NCBI GenBank assembly: GCA_000503875.1
Contig: CP006913.1
Coordinates: 480,001 to 512,000, forward strand
Reading direction: 5' to 3'
From: Candidatus Saccharimonadota bacterium
GTDB taxonomy: Bacteria; Patescibacteriota; Gracilibacteria; Absconditabacterales; Absconditicoccaceae
DNA: 32,000 nucleotides
In this document: positions 10,947 to 19,697 of the stretch, one piece after another
Numbering within the stretch: the first letter of the stretch is position 1
Layout: the number at the start of each line of letters is the position of its first letter
Notes under the pieces: model-generated
Seen by the model: the letters and a program-made list of their open reading frames with translations, nothing else
Told to the model about the DNA's origin: nothing
Databases searched by the model: none
Translations under genes and position numbers: made by a program

Positions 10947-11987
10947 ATGTATTTCGCCATTTTAGGAAAACACCCTCAAATAAGCTTAGCTGAGCTCCAA
11001 AAAATCAAACCAACATTCTATCCTAGTAGCAAAAAGGGGATAGTAATTTTTGAAACAGAAATCCCAGAATGATTGAAGCTACTTTGATGATCAATCAAAA
11101 CAGGGAAAGTGGTAGCAGAAAAAGACCTTCAAACACTTCTCCAAGAGGTGAAAATTATAGGAATTCAAGAAGAAGCTATAGGAAAACATTTCAAAAGAAC
11201 TATTGGTATCAGAAGATTTAAAACAGTAAAAATAAATCACACGGACAAAGAGATCAAAGAAAAAGGGAAAGAAATCATTAATCTCGATAACGGAAAATAT
11301 GGAATAGTAGAGCAGTATCAAAATATTCCCCTTTATGAAAGTATTGATTTTGAAAAACCAGGACGCAGCATGAGCATGGGAATGATGCCAGCAAAGCTTA
11401 CGCATATTCTGATTAATATTTGAATACAAGCAACAACAATAATTCAAAATGAGCCAATAACTATCTACGATCCTTTCTGTGGATCAGGAACAACAAATTT
11501 CCTTGCAAATATATTGGGCTATAACACGGTTGGTTCCGATATAAATATTACTTATGCACAAAAGAATCTCCCTTGGCGACAAGCAACCCCTTTTTACAAT
11601 CAAGACACGTCTATAGACTTTTTCACTCATGATATTACCAAACCTATTCCAAACAACATCTCTAATTGATCTATTATTATCACTGAAGGACGACTTGGCC
11701 CTATTATCACCAAAAGAAGTAATCCCGATGACGTAAGAAAGGCTCAACAACAAATTCAAAAACTCTACACTGATTTTTTTACAAACATTATAAAATCTGA
11801 TCTTTTCCCAACGATTATATGTACTATTCCACGATATATTGGATATGACAATACACACGAACAATTATTACAAACAACAATAAATAGTCTTGGATACGAT
11901 CGAAAAAGTATTAGCGAAATTTACCAGAGAGAAGATCAACAAGTGGGCAGAAAAATTTGTATAGTAACAAAAAAAGGGAAGAAGTAA
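10947..11987 (+). CDS. SAM-dependent RNA methyltransferase-like protein (UPF0020/Trm11-type), 346 aa
   Basis: MPAKLTHILINIG...IYDPFCGSGTTNFLANILGYNTVGSDIN is a SAM-binding motif I. The catalytic-loop variant is IIITEG[CGA]LGP. The frame joins track ORF 11109..11423 to both flanks through TGAs. Confidence 0.65.
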
Positions 11988-12021
11988 AAACCTCCGCCCT
12001 TTTAAATAGATAATATAATTT

Positions 12022-12342
12022 TTATACCATTGCAACCTTAGCCTGCAAAACTGCAGTATCTTTTTGCCATTCAACAGCAGGAGTTACAGAAACAACTTCG
12101 GCTCCTGATTTTGTTTTGAGAGAAAAAATATTTTTCCCTTTTCTAGGGTTATAGGTCTGTTTTTTACAAACACTAAGATGAACAACCCGAAGATTCGTTT
12201 TTTCTCTTGTTTTCTGAAACACATCATTAAAGAAGTGATTCAAATCACCATGAACATCAATCACTCCCTTTTTAAGAATTTGACCAGAATAATAATCATC
12301 TCCTGTAAGGAAAAAGCCAGAAACAGTTTGATCTTTCAACAT
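12022..12342 (-). CDS. Hypothetical protein, 106 aa
   Basis: Complete ATG..TAA ORF, convergent with the methyltransferase gene. Has one in-frame CGG (plus-strand 12187-12189). No motif recognised. Confidence 0.5.
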   Translation of the reverse strand: MLKDQTVSGFFLTGDDYYSGQILKKGVIDVHGDLNHFFNDVFQKTREKTNLRVVHLSVCKKQTYNPRKGKNIFSLKTKSGAEVVSVTPAVEWQKDTAVLQAKVAMV

Positions 12343-12491
12343 AATAGTTTTTTTTAAGTTTTATTTTTAGGTTAACGGGGTATATTATACATATATAAAG
12401 AATAAAATCAATATAAAAATAGATATAATAAATTGTAGTTGCAATTAGATGAGATTTATCTAAAGTAACTCAGCAAAAAAAAACTAAAAAA

Positions 12492-12956
12492 ATGAAAAGG
12501 TTTCTAAAAAAAATTTCAAAAAAAGATTTCTGGATCGAATATATTACTATCTATATATCCATCATAATTGTAACAATTGTGATACAAATAGTAATATTAC
12601 GACTGGATATTTTACTCCTAGTTTATTGTCTAGGAAAATCAATTTTCACAACTATACCAAACGTAGCAGCTATTATGTATGGTAGAAAAAATACAATAAT
12701 TAGCAGATCTCGATTGGGAGAAGCATTACTATTTGTTATATCAAGTCTTCCTTATTTGGAAATATTTCTTATTTCTGGATACGAAAGAAATTGGGAAACA
12801 ATAGGTAAAGTAATAGCATTGTATATTATCGCTTATTTTTTTATGGGATTATTTAGTAAACCATATCTAGAAGCTATAAAAAAAGTTGTGAATTTACCAG
12901 AAACGGTTGTTAAAAGAACCGTTAGTAAAGTAAAAGGGGAAAGGAATGCTGTATAA
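12492..12956 (+). CDS. Hypothetical multi-pass membrane protein, 154 aa
   Basis: ATG..TAA ORF with several hydrophobic segments. The terminator overlaps the stop codon. Confidence 0.55.
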   Translation: MKRFLKKISKKDFWIEYITIYISIIIVTIVIQIVILRLDILLLVYCLGKSIFTTIPNVAAIMYGRKNTIISRSRLGEALLFVISSLPYLEIFLISGYERNWETIGKVIALYIIAYFFMGLFSKPYLEAIKKVVNLPETVVKRTVSKVKGERNAV

Positions 12957-12969
12957 GCATTCCTTTTTT
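12942..12969 (+). terminator. Rho-independent terminator
   Basis: AGGAATGCT (12942-12950) pairs with AGCATTCCT (12956-12964), followed by a T-run. Confidence 0.8.
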
Positions 12970-13043
12970 ATATTTGACTTATCTTGGGAAATATATATCA
13001 TTCACAACAGAAATCAAACAACTAAAAAAAAACCAATAATTTT

Positions 13044-13388
13044 ATGGAAACAAAAAACAAAGAAGATTACTATGTTACGCATATTGCGGTAACAGACATA
13101 CCAATGGAATCGAACAAAAAATTAGTTTTCTATACAACGAATCAAAAAAACGAGGAGAAAGGGAAAATTTTTGTAAGATTTAATCCTGTTGCATTTGAAA
13201 AGGCATTTATAGAACATTTAATGCAACAAGGAAAAGCTATTAAACTAGATAGTTCTATTCCTATTTCAAAAGGGAAAACGCTTTGGTTAAATACAGATGG
13301 GAATGTTTATCTGGGAGAAATCACAGAAAATAATAAAAACTTGGTATTTTGCTTTAATTACCAAGAAGTAATACAAGCCAGAGTATAA
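13044..13388 (+). CDS. Hypothetical protein, 114 aa
   Basis: Complete ORF followed by a terminator. No motif recognised. Confidence 0.5.
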   Translation: METKNKEDYYVTHIAVTDIPMESNKKLVFYTTNQKNEEKGKIFVRFNPVAFEKAFIEHLMQQGKAIKLDSSIPISKGKTLWLNTDGNVYLGEITENNKNLVFCFNYQEVIQARV

Positions 13389-13400
13389 TCTCTGGCTTTT
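13377..13400 (+). terminator. Rho-independent terminator
   Basis: GCCAGAG (13377-13383) pairs with CTCTGGC (13390-13396), followed by TTTT. Confidence 0.7.
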
Positions 13401-13489
13401 CTTATTATTTTTTTCTGAGTATGACTTGAAAAAGACCGTTAAATACATAATTTCGAATCTGATATTTTTTTTATTATTTCATAATAGCA

Positions 13490-14074
13490 ATGGAAAACAT
13501 TACAATCATCAAAGACACAACAGCCAATCCAGCACCAATGGGGTTATTGGGATTTGGAATGACTACTATTCTCCTGAATATTCATAATGCAGGATTTTTC
13601 GAACTCAATGCTATGATTATGGGTATGGGAATTTTTGTTGGATGAATTATGCAAGTTATTGCAGGTATCCAAGAACGAAAGAAGAATAATACCTTTGGTG
13701 CAACGGCATTTACTGCATATTGATTTTTTTGGATAGCATTAGTAACTACATGGTTACTACCAAAGACAACTATGCTCGTAACAAAAGCAGATGAACTTTC
13801 AATGGGATTTTTCTTAGCAATACGAGGTTTATTTACACTATTTATGTTCATTGGAACACTCAAAATAAATAGAGCATTACAAGTAGTATTTGGTTCTTTA
13901 ACAATATTGTTTGCTCTCTTGGCAATAGGAGATTTTACAGGAATTGCTCTTATCAAAACTATTGCTGGATACGAAGGAATCTTTTGCGGAATATCAGCTA
14001 TCTATGCATGTGCTGCACAAATTTTAAACGAAGTATATGGTAAAAGCGTATTACCTCTAGGAAAAGTTAAATAA
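13490..14074 (+). CDS. satP: GPR1/FUN34/YaaH-family acetate/succinate channel, 194 aa
   Basis: [33 protein letters not shown], and LAI[CGA][13 protein letters not shown], which aligns with E. coli SatP LGLWGVFTLFMFFGTLK. The track shows only fragment 13772..14074. Confidence 0.9.
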
Positions 14075-14106
14075 AATAGGACATCTTCATTCATTAATCA
14101 GACTCT

Positions 14107-14132
14107 AAAAGCCTCTATTTGAGGCTTTTTTT
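14107..14132. terminator. Bidirectional terminator between convergent genes
   Basis: AAAGCCTC (14108-14115) pairs with GAGGCTTT (14121-14128). T-run downstream and A-run upstream. Confidence 0.7.
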
Positions 14133-14146
14133 CTAAAATAAAACGT

Positions 14147-14659
14147 TAACAATAAAATTCCAAACGATAAAATAATACTTATTACAAACGATTGTATTGC
14201 TATATGTTCAAAAAACGAAGCCGGAAACAATTGAATTAACACACTAGATCAATCAAAGGATCGATTACCTTGAGGAAAAAAAACATAATGAAAAGAAAGA
14301 AATAGTGATTGAAAATCAATAAAAATAGCAATTATTATCGACAAAATCAAAAGCAAAGAAATAGCAGATCATCGTAAAAATCACAAAACAATTTTTTTCT
14401 TAAATTTCAAATAAACAAATAACATAAAAATAATAGCAAAACCTGATAACGAAACAATTTCTATCATAGAAATCGTAGTAAATATAGAGGCAACATCTTG
14501 TAAGTGACTGAGTTCATTAGTTGTAAACAACGATGAAAATTGCCCAAGATACTGGGAAGATAAATAAGGAAACGAATAAAAGAGGAGTGGAGACAATACA
14601 AAAAGAACAATTAAACAACCAACAAAAATAATAAGCAATATGTTATATATATATTTCAT
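14147..14659 (-). CDS. DUF1461/TIGR01906-type integral membrane protein (Lit-like), 170 aa
   Basis: Track ORF 14381..14659 extends through TGAs to TAA (plus-strand 14147-14149). The C-terminal motif FLSFHYVFFPQGN[CGA]SFDGSSVLIQLFPASFF matches the family FHxxFFxxxxWxF...FP..FF pattern. Confidence 0.65.
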
Positions 14660-14774
14660 AAGATCGATTAGACATAAAAATCAAACAGGTTATATATAAT
14701 AATAAAGCTTTTTCTATTGAAAAGTTATACAAATTCCATAAAAGTCAAATATATTTTATCGATAAAGTGAATAT

Positions 14775-16460
14775 ATGAAATATAGCGATATATTAGAACC
14801 ATCAATAAAAGAAGATGTTTTACTTGCAAAATATCTATCAAACGAGAGAAAAAATCAGATTTTAAGCAATCTCAATACGACTATTGACGATAGATTTTCA
14901 GGGTGTAAACACACTATTATCCCAACACCAAGAAGATTAACAAACCATGAATTAATAGAAAATGAATCATATTTTGATCCTTTTACTATAGATCAAAGTA
15001 AAATTATTAGTTCTAAAGCACTTAGAAGATTAGGAGACAAAGCTCAAGTATTACCCAATGTTAAAGAACAGAACTCTCATATGCGCAATAGATTAACGCA
15101 TAGTTTGGAAGTAGCCGATCTCAGTGCTACTTTTTGTGATATGATGAACCACCACTTCGCATTAAAAAAATCACCTATTAGGCTTAATAAAGAATTATGT
15201 AGAGCGATAGCATTAGCACATGATATAGGACATACCCCTTTAGGACATATCTGAGAACATTTTATTACAGAAGAAACAGGCAAAGAATTTAATCATAATG
15301 TTTTCTCAACTATTGTTGCTGAGAACCTTGAAAGAAAAGGAAATGGCCTAAACCTTACCGAGGAAACATTAACAGGAATTTTGAATCATACAACCAATGG
15401 AGGTGCTCTTGATTTAAAAGGATTACCTCAAGAATATGCTGTAGTAAGAATTATGGACAAAGTTGCTTATGTATTGTCTGATTTTAATGATGGACTAAGA
15501 CAAGGATATATCGACAAAAATGTTGCTCCTTTATTTAACAAATTAGGACAAGATCAAAGAGAAAGAACCTTTAATATTCTCCAATGTTTAGTGAAAGAAA
15601 CCTATGAAAATGGTTACGTAACATTTGGAGAGAGTGAAATAGGTAAAATATTTAAGAATGTAAAAGGCATTCTTTTTGATGAATATTATAGAAAAGTAGA
15701 TGAAGAACGAAAAGCACCTGGATACGAAAAATTAGGTAGTATTTATGCATTTTTCAAAAGAGAACGACCTGATGTAGATCCAGCTGTAGCACTAGCATTA
15801 TTAACAGATAATGAAGCAATGGAAATGGGTACTATTCTAAAAAAGAATCCAAATATTTCCTATGAAGACTTATTAACCAAACAACATATTGGTGTAGAAG
15901 AAATTCTCCCGTATATTGATGGAAGAGATATAGATTATACAAGCCCAGCTATAAGATGAATGAGAAAACAAACAGAAAAACAAACACCACTAGAAATAGA
16001 AAAAAAGTTTCTCATACATAGTTTACCTGCAAATCTAGAAAGTTATCCATATGCAGATATTACCCAATGATACCTAGCTATCAATAGTTCCAATGAAGTA
16101 AGAATTAGAAAATCACAAAAATCTGATGGAACAATGAGCTATACAAGAACAATTAAAGACGGATATGCAATTGGTATAAACAAAGAAAAAGAATCTGAAA
16201 TTTCTCAAGAAAAGTTTGATTATCTCTTTCAATTCACAAGCAAACAAATCGTTTCCAAAAGACGTTATTATATACCATTAAGTAATTGACTCACCGTAGA
16301 ATTAGATATTTTCCCAGACGAAAAACCAATAGCTGAAGTAGAATTTCCAAGCAAAGAAGCAATGGATAGCTTCGTTCCACCTATACGATTTGGTGAAGAA
16401 GTAACAGGGGATAAGTACTATAAAAATGCCAACAGAGCATTGAGAAATTCTAGAAAATAG
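14775..16460 (+). CDS. Fusion protein: HD-domain dGTPase-like triphosphohydrolase (N-terminal) plus CYTH triphosphate-tunnel domain (C-terminal), 561 aa
   Basis: HD part: RNRLTHSLEVADLS and ALAHDIGHTPLGHIGEH. CYTH part: EIEKKFLIHSLP...ITQGYL...VRIRK...SKRRYYIP...VELDIFPDEKPIAEVEFPSKEAMDSFVPPI[CGA]FGEEVTGDKYYKNANRA. Track ORFs 14775..15254 and 15381..15959 plus the tail form one frame, ending at TAG 16458-16460. Confidence 0.85.
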
Positions 16461-16524
16461 AATTATTTGATTTTCCACAAAAGAAAAGTAGAGTAGGGAC
16501 AATTTAGAAATCCAAACAAAACCT

Positions 16525-17469
16525 ATGTACCTCTTATTAGTTTTTCTTATACCACCAATATTATTTAATCTAACATGATTGATAGATACTTTTCTTGTTA
16601 CCAAATTTGGAGAAGAAAAAAGCAATTGAACATTAGAAAGTGGTATATGAACATTGATGATCATAGGCGGAACTGTTGCATGATTAGTAGCTTTATGATT
16701 ACTTCCTTTTGTTTACCAAGATATATTTGCTATCAAACGACAACCACTATGTTATCTTTTGGCAGGTGGTGTTGCTTATGGAATAGGTGCATATCCTTAC
16801 TTCAAAGCACTCGAAAAAGAACAAATAGAAAACATATATCCTATATATCAAACCGTGCCTTTATTTGCTTATATTATTGGATTCCTTTTACTATGAGAAA
16901 TAATTCCATTACGACAAATTGCTGCTATTATAGGTATAATCCTAGTAACTGCACTATTTTATGTCGATTTCAAACACTTCACCTTCAATAAAAAAGCTGT
17001 TTTTCTTTGTCTTACAAGCGTTATATTGTATGCTAGTTCTTTTGTCTTCTTCAAAAAATGATGATTAGCAGAAAACAATCTTTGAGTATCATTTTTTTGG
17101 GAACATATAGGGGTATTGTTGACAGGATTACGATTTTTTAGCAAGTCATCAATTAGGAAAACTACTATTAAATATTTCAAACAAGCCTGACGAAAATTTT
17201 CTATTCTAAATATCTTCAACGAAATGTTTTTTATTTCTGGTATCATTCTCCAAAATTATATAAGTCTCCATTATCTTATTGTTTATATGAGTGTTATAAC
17301 AAATGGAGGACAAGTATTATTAGCATTTCTCATGAAATACCTCGCACATAGACGAAACCCTAAACGATACAAGCGAGATTACACAAGAAAATCAATCATT
17401 ATAAAGATAGTATTAGCAATTATAGTTCTTATAGGATTATTCTATATTAGTAGATTTATAGGAGGATAA
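16525..17469 (+). CDS. EamA/DMT-superfamily transporter, 314 aa
   Basis: Codon-by-codon check shows an open frame from ATG 16525 with 10 in-frame TGAs. About 10 hydrophobic segments and an EamA-like ...VPLFAYIIGFLLLGEIIPLWQIAAIIGIILV motif. Only the last 81 aa (17224..17469) appear in the track. Confidence 0.75.
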
Positions 17470-17495
17470 GAAGAGGAGTGGAAGCCCCTCTTTTT

Positions 17496-17523
17496 TTGAC
17501 AAAAAAATTTTATTACGTATAAT
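17496..17523 (+). promoter_or_regulatory. Near-consensus sigma70-type promoter
   Basis: TTGACA (17496-17501), a 16-nt spacer, then TATAAT (17518-17523). It lies upstream of the lipoprotein gene. Confidence 0.6.
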
Positions 17524-17594
17524 GGGACAAAGTTCTTTTATATAATACACAATTGATGATGAATTCTTTAGAGAAAGAGACAAAATGAAACAAT

Positions 17595-18068
17595 ATGGTT
17601 TCAAGATGAATAACTAAAATTAAGGATAAGTGCAAACCATATCTACTTGCAGCATTAATGGCTACTAGCGCATTACAGTCATGTAGTGATTTTACTATAG
17701 AAGTAATTTTTTCTAATCCTAAAAAAACATCCGGTATTGTATATAACAAAGAATACAAAGAAGCTTCTAGTAATCCTGTAACTACTTCAAATTTTATAAA
17801 CAGTGGAGATGCAGGTTCATTCATGATGGATGAAATGGTGGAAGAAGAAGAGGAATTCAAAATATATATCAAAACTGATACTGATACATTTATTGTAGAA
17901 AACAATAAAGATCTTTATCAAAAATTAGCTATAGATTCTAAAGTAGATATAACATACCGTGAAGCACATGAATTACGATATAAAGAAAAAGAAGACTGAA
18001 AAAAAGAACTTGTTGAAAATTATAAAATGAAAAATGAAATATTAGATATTAAACCACAAAAGAATTAA
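17595..18068 (+). CDS. Putative lipoprotein, 157 aa (alternative start 17556)
   Basis: Signal peptide MVSRGITKIKDKCKPYLLAALMATSALQSC with a lipobox-like LQSC. Extends past TGA 17997-17999 to TAA 18066-18068. Confidence 0.6.
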
Positions 18069-18380
18069 TGTAGCTAAAAAGAAAATCCATTGCAGCAAAT
18101 CAAAACAGCTTTCATTCTCCTGTGATATATACCTTGCACAATATATCTTGTGCAAAGTTCTTTGTATTCCAGACTACGCGTGAAGCCAGATTTCTACGTT
18201 TCATTTATTCCTCTTAAATAAAAATTTAAAATACTTTCAGATATAAATTCATTAGTTCTATAAGGAAAATCCAGGGAAACGATCGACAGTCTCAAAAACC
18301 ACACGAAAAAATCATTTTCTACTACCCAAACTCCCCTCCAACCCCAGAAATACCATAAAAACACCAATTATGACCGATAA

Positions 18381-18461
18381 GGCGATTCAAATTCGACGAG
18401 AATTTTCATTGAGTCGAGGAAAGCTCAGCTAAGAGTAAAAAATCAACGAATTTGAATCGCC
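18381..18461. repeat. Perfect 15-bp inverted repeat forming an ~81-nt rod-like hairpin
   Basis: GGCGATTCAAATTCG (18381-18395) is the exact reverse complement of CGAATTTGAATCGCC (18447-18461). The 51-nt interior can extend the pairing (ATTTT/AAAAT, TTGAG/CTCAG). Confidence 0.8.
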
Positions 18462-18751
18462 TCAAATCAAAAAAAGACCAGATGCGAAGAATAATTTCTC
18501 CGTACAATAATAATCCAAATTTTCAAAAAAAAATCAGAATTTTTGATATTTTAAAATATTTTTTAATAAATTTTAGATTAAATTATTTTTTAAACACATA
18601 AAACAAAAAAATTAACACAATTTATAAATAAACTCCTCCTCCGGACCAAAAATGGGGGAGTCCTCCTCTACTCAAAAAGTCAAAACTCCTCTATTGATTT
18701 TTTTCTAGACATATATATACAAGATAATTGCTTTACTTATAAACAAAAATC

Positions 18752-19630
18752 ATGAACAAACTCACTACTCTCCTCTCCAAAGTATCATTGGCCAAAGTTG
18801 AAAAGTATATTACCTTATTCATCTATTATATTCTTCCTGTAATAGTTATTATAACACTTATCTCTGCAATGCTAACAACAAGTAATGTGTGATTTTCACG
18901 ACAAGAATTTCGAGGAAACCGATGATGGAACCTATTGATTATTGTTCTCTTTATAAAACCTATCACTTTCTTAGGGAAAAAATATTTCAAAGCCGAATCT
19001 ATAACACTTGAATACTTTATACAAATACTAAAAGACTTACCAAAAACTATCAAAAATAATCAGAAAAATTTCGATAGTCAGATGATACATAGCCATATTA
19101 TTCCTTTTATTGTAAATAGTTTCTATAGTATATCTCTTTATCTTATGAGATTTAGAAGACCACTAGGAATAGCAACATTCTGGCTTCTCTTCACTCATGG
19201 ACTTTTATGGCAAACATTTCGAATAAGACAAGGATTCTCTTTTGGATTTAACATAGGAGAAACAGCAATATTATCAGGAATGATAACTCTTTTGGCACTA
19301 GTTATAGGAGCAATTACATCAAATGATTATGCTATGCAAAAACTCCAAAAAAATCGAAAAAAAGTACAAATGATAGCTTATATTGCATTCTTTTTTGCTG
19401 CAATTCATACAGGAAATATCTTTTGGCTCATCGTTTACTTTGTAGCTAAATACTTCGAACGAAGAGATACAGGCATGTTAAAAGAACGAAAAATCTGGAT
19501 TATTCACCAAGCAAACACTATCAAAAACAACAAACGAATACAAAAACAACGAAACGCTATCAAAAATAACAAATCAATAACAAAAATCATGGATAAAATA
19601 CATTGATTTGCCAGCAAATTTCTCAAATAA
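18752..19630 (+). CDS. Ferric-reductase-like transmembrane domain protein (MsrQ/YedZ-like), 292 aa
   Basis: MRFRRPLGIATFWLLFTHGLLW and N[CGA]KKVQMIAYIAFFFAAIH resemble the two His-bearing helices of YedZ-type haem proteins. Extends track ORF 18935..19606 on both sides. Confidence 0.6.
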
Positions 19631-19643
19631 TTTATCCTAAAAT

Positions 19644-19671
19644 TTGCAAAAAAAACAATTACAATTATAAT
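19644..19671 (+). promoter_or_regulatory. Sigma70-type promoter for the OLD-family gene
   Basis: TTGCAA (19644-19649), a 16-nt spacer, then TATAAT (19666-19671). It sits 27 nt upstream of ATG 19698. Confidence 0.55.
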
Positions 19672-19697
19672 AGAGATGATTTATATACACAAGAAAA

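Noticed and set aside
16575-16991. Track ORF (138 aa, Cys/Trp/Arg-rich), together with antisense ORF 16302..16664.
   Set aside because: It is out of frame with the DMT transporter. That frame is open from 16525 to 17469 under table 25 and has proper TM-helix composition.
17513-17905. Antisense ORFs opposite real genes (this one, plus 13582..13956, 9027..9347, 11484..11864, 5535..5786, 6288..6575 and 8352..8603).
   Set aside because: They lie opposite genes with strong motif support and have low-complexity Ser/Ile/Leu/Phe composition, as expected from AT-rich antisense frames.
18049-18204. A minus-strand 51-codon ORF (MKRRNLASRVVWNTKNF...) with an AAGAGGA Shine-Dalgarno-like sequence 5 nt upstream.
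   Set aside because: It is short, overlaps the lipoprotein gene end by 20 nt, and runs through a 7-bp hairpin (TTGCACA/TGTGCAA) that more likely acts as a terminator-like element. It is not reported as a gene but may deserve a conservation check.
18416-18423. GAGGAAAG in the hairpin loop, resembling the RNase P RNA CR-I box (GAGGAAAGUCC) or the SRP RNA domain IV region.
   Set aside because: The match stops after 8 nt. The enclosing structure is only ~81 nt, with no CR-IV/CR-V counterparts. The GGAA-tetraloop/AGCA geometry of SRP RNA cannot be drawn.
18520-18640. An extremely AT-rich stretch with the palindrome ATATTTTAAAATAT as a possible DNA-unwinding element or replication origin.
   Set aside because: There are no DnaA-box cluster or replication genes nearby. 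The AT-richness is compatible with an ordinary promoter or spacer in this genome.
18069-19697. A retron-like arrangement (structured ncRNA with inverted repeats near an OLD nuclease).
   Set aside because: No reverse transcriptase is present. A YedZ-like membrane protein gene with its own context separates the hairpin from the OLD gene, which also has its own promoter.
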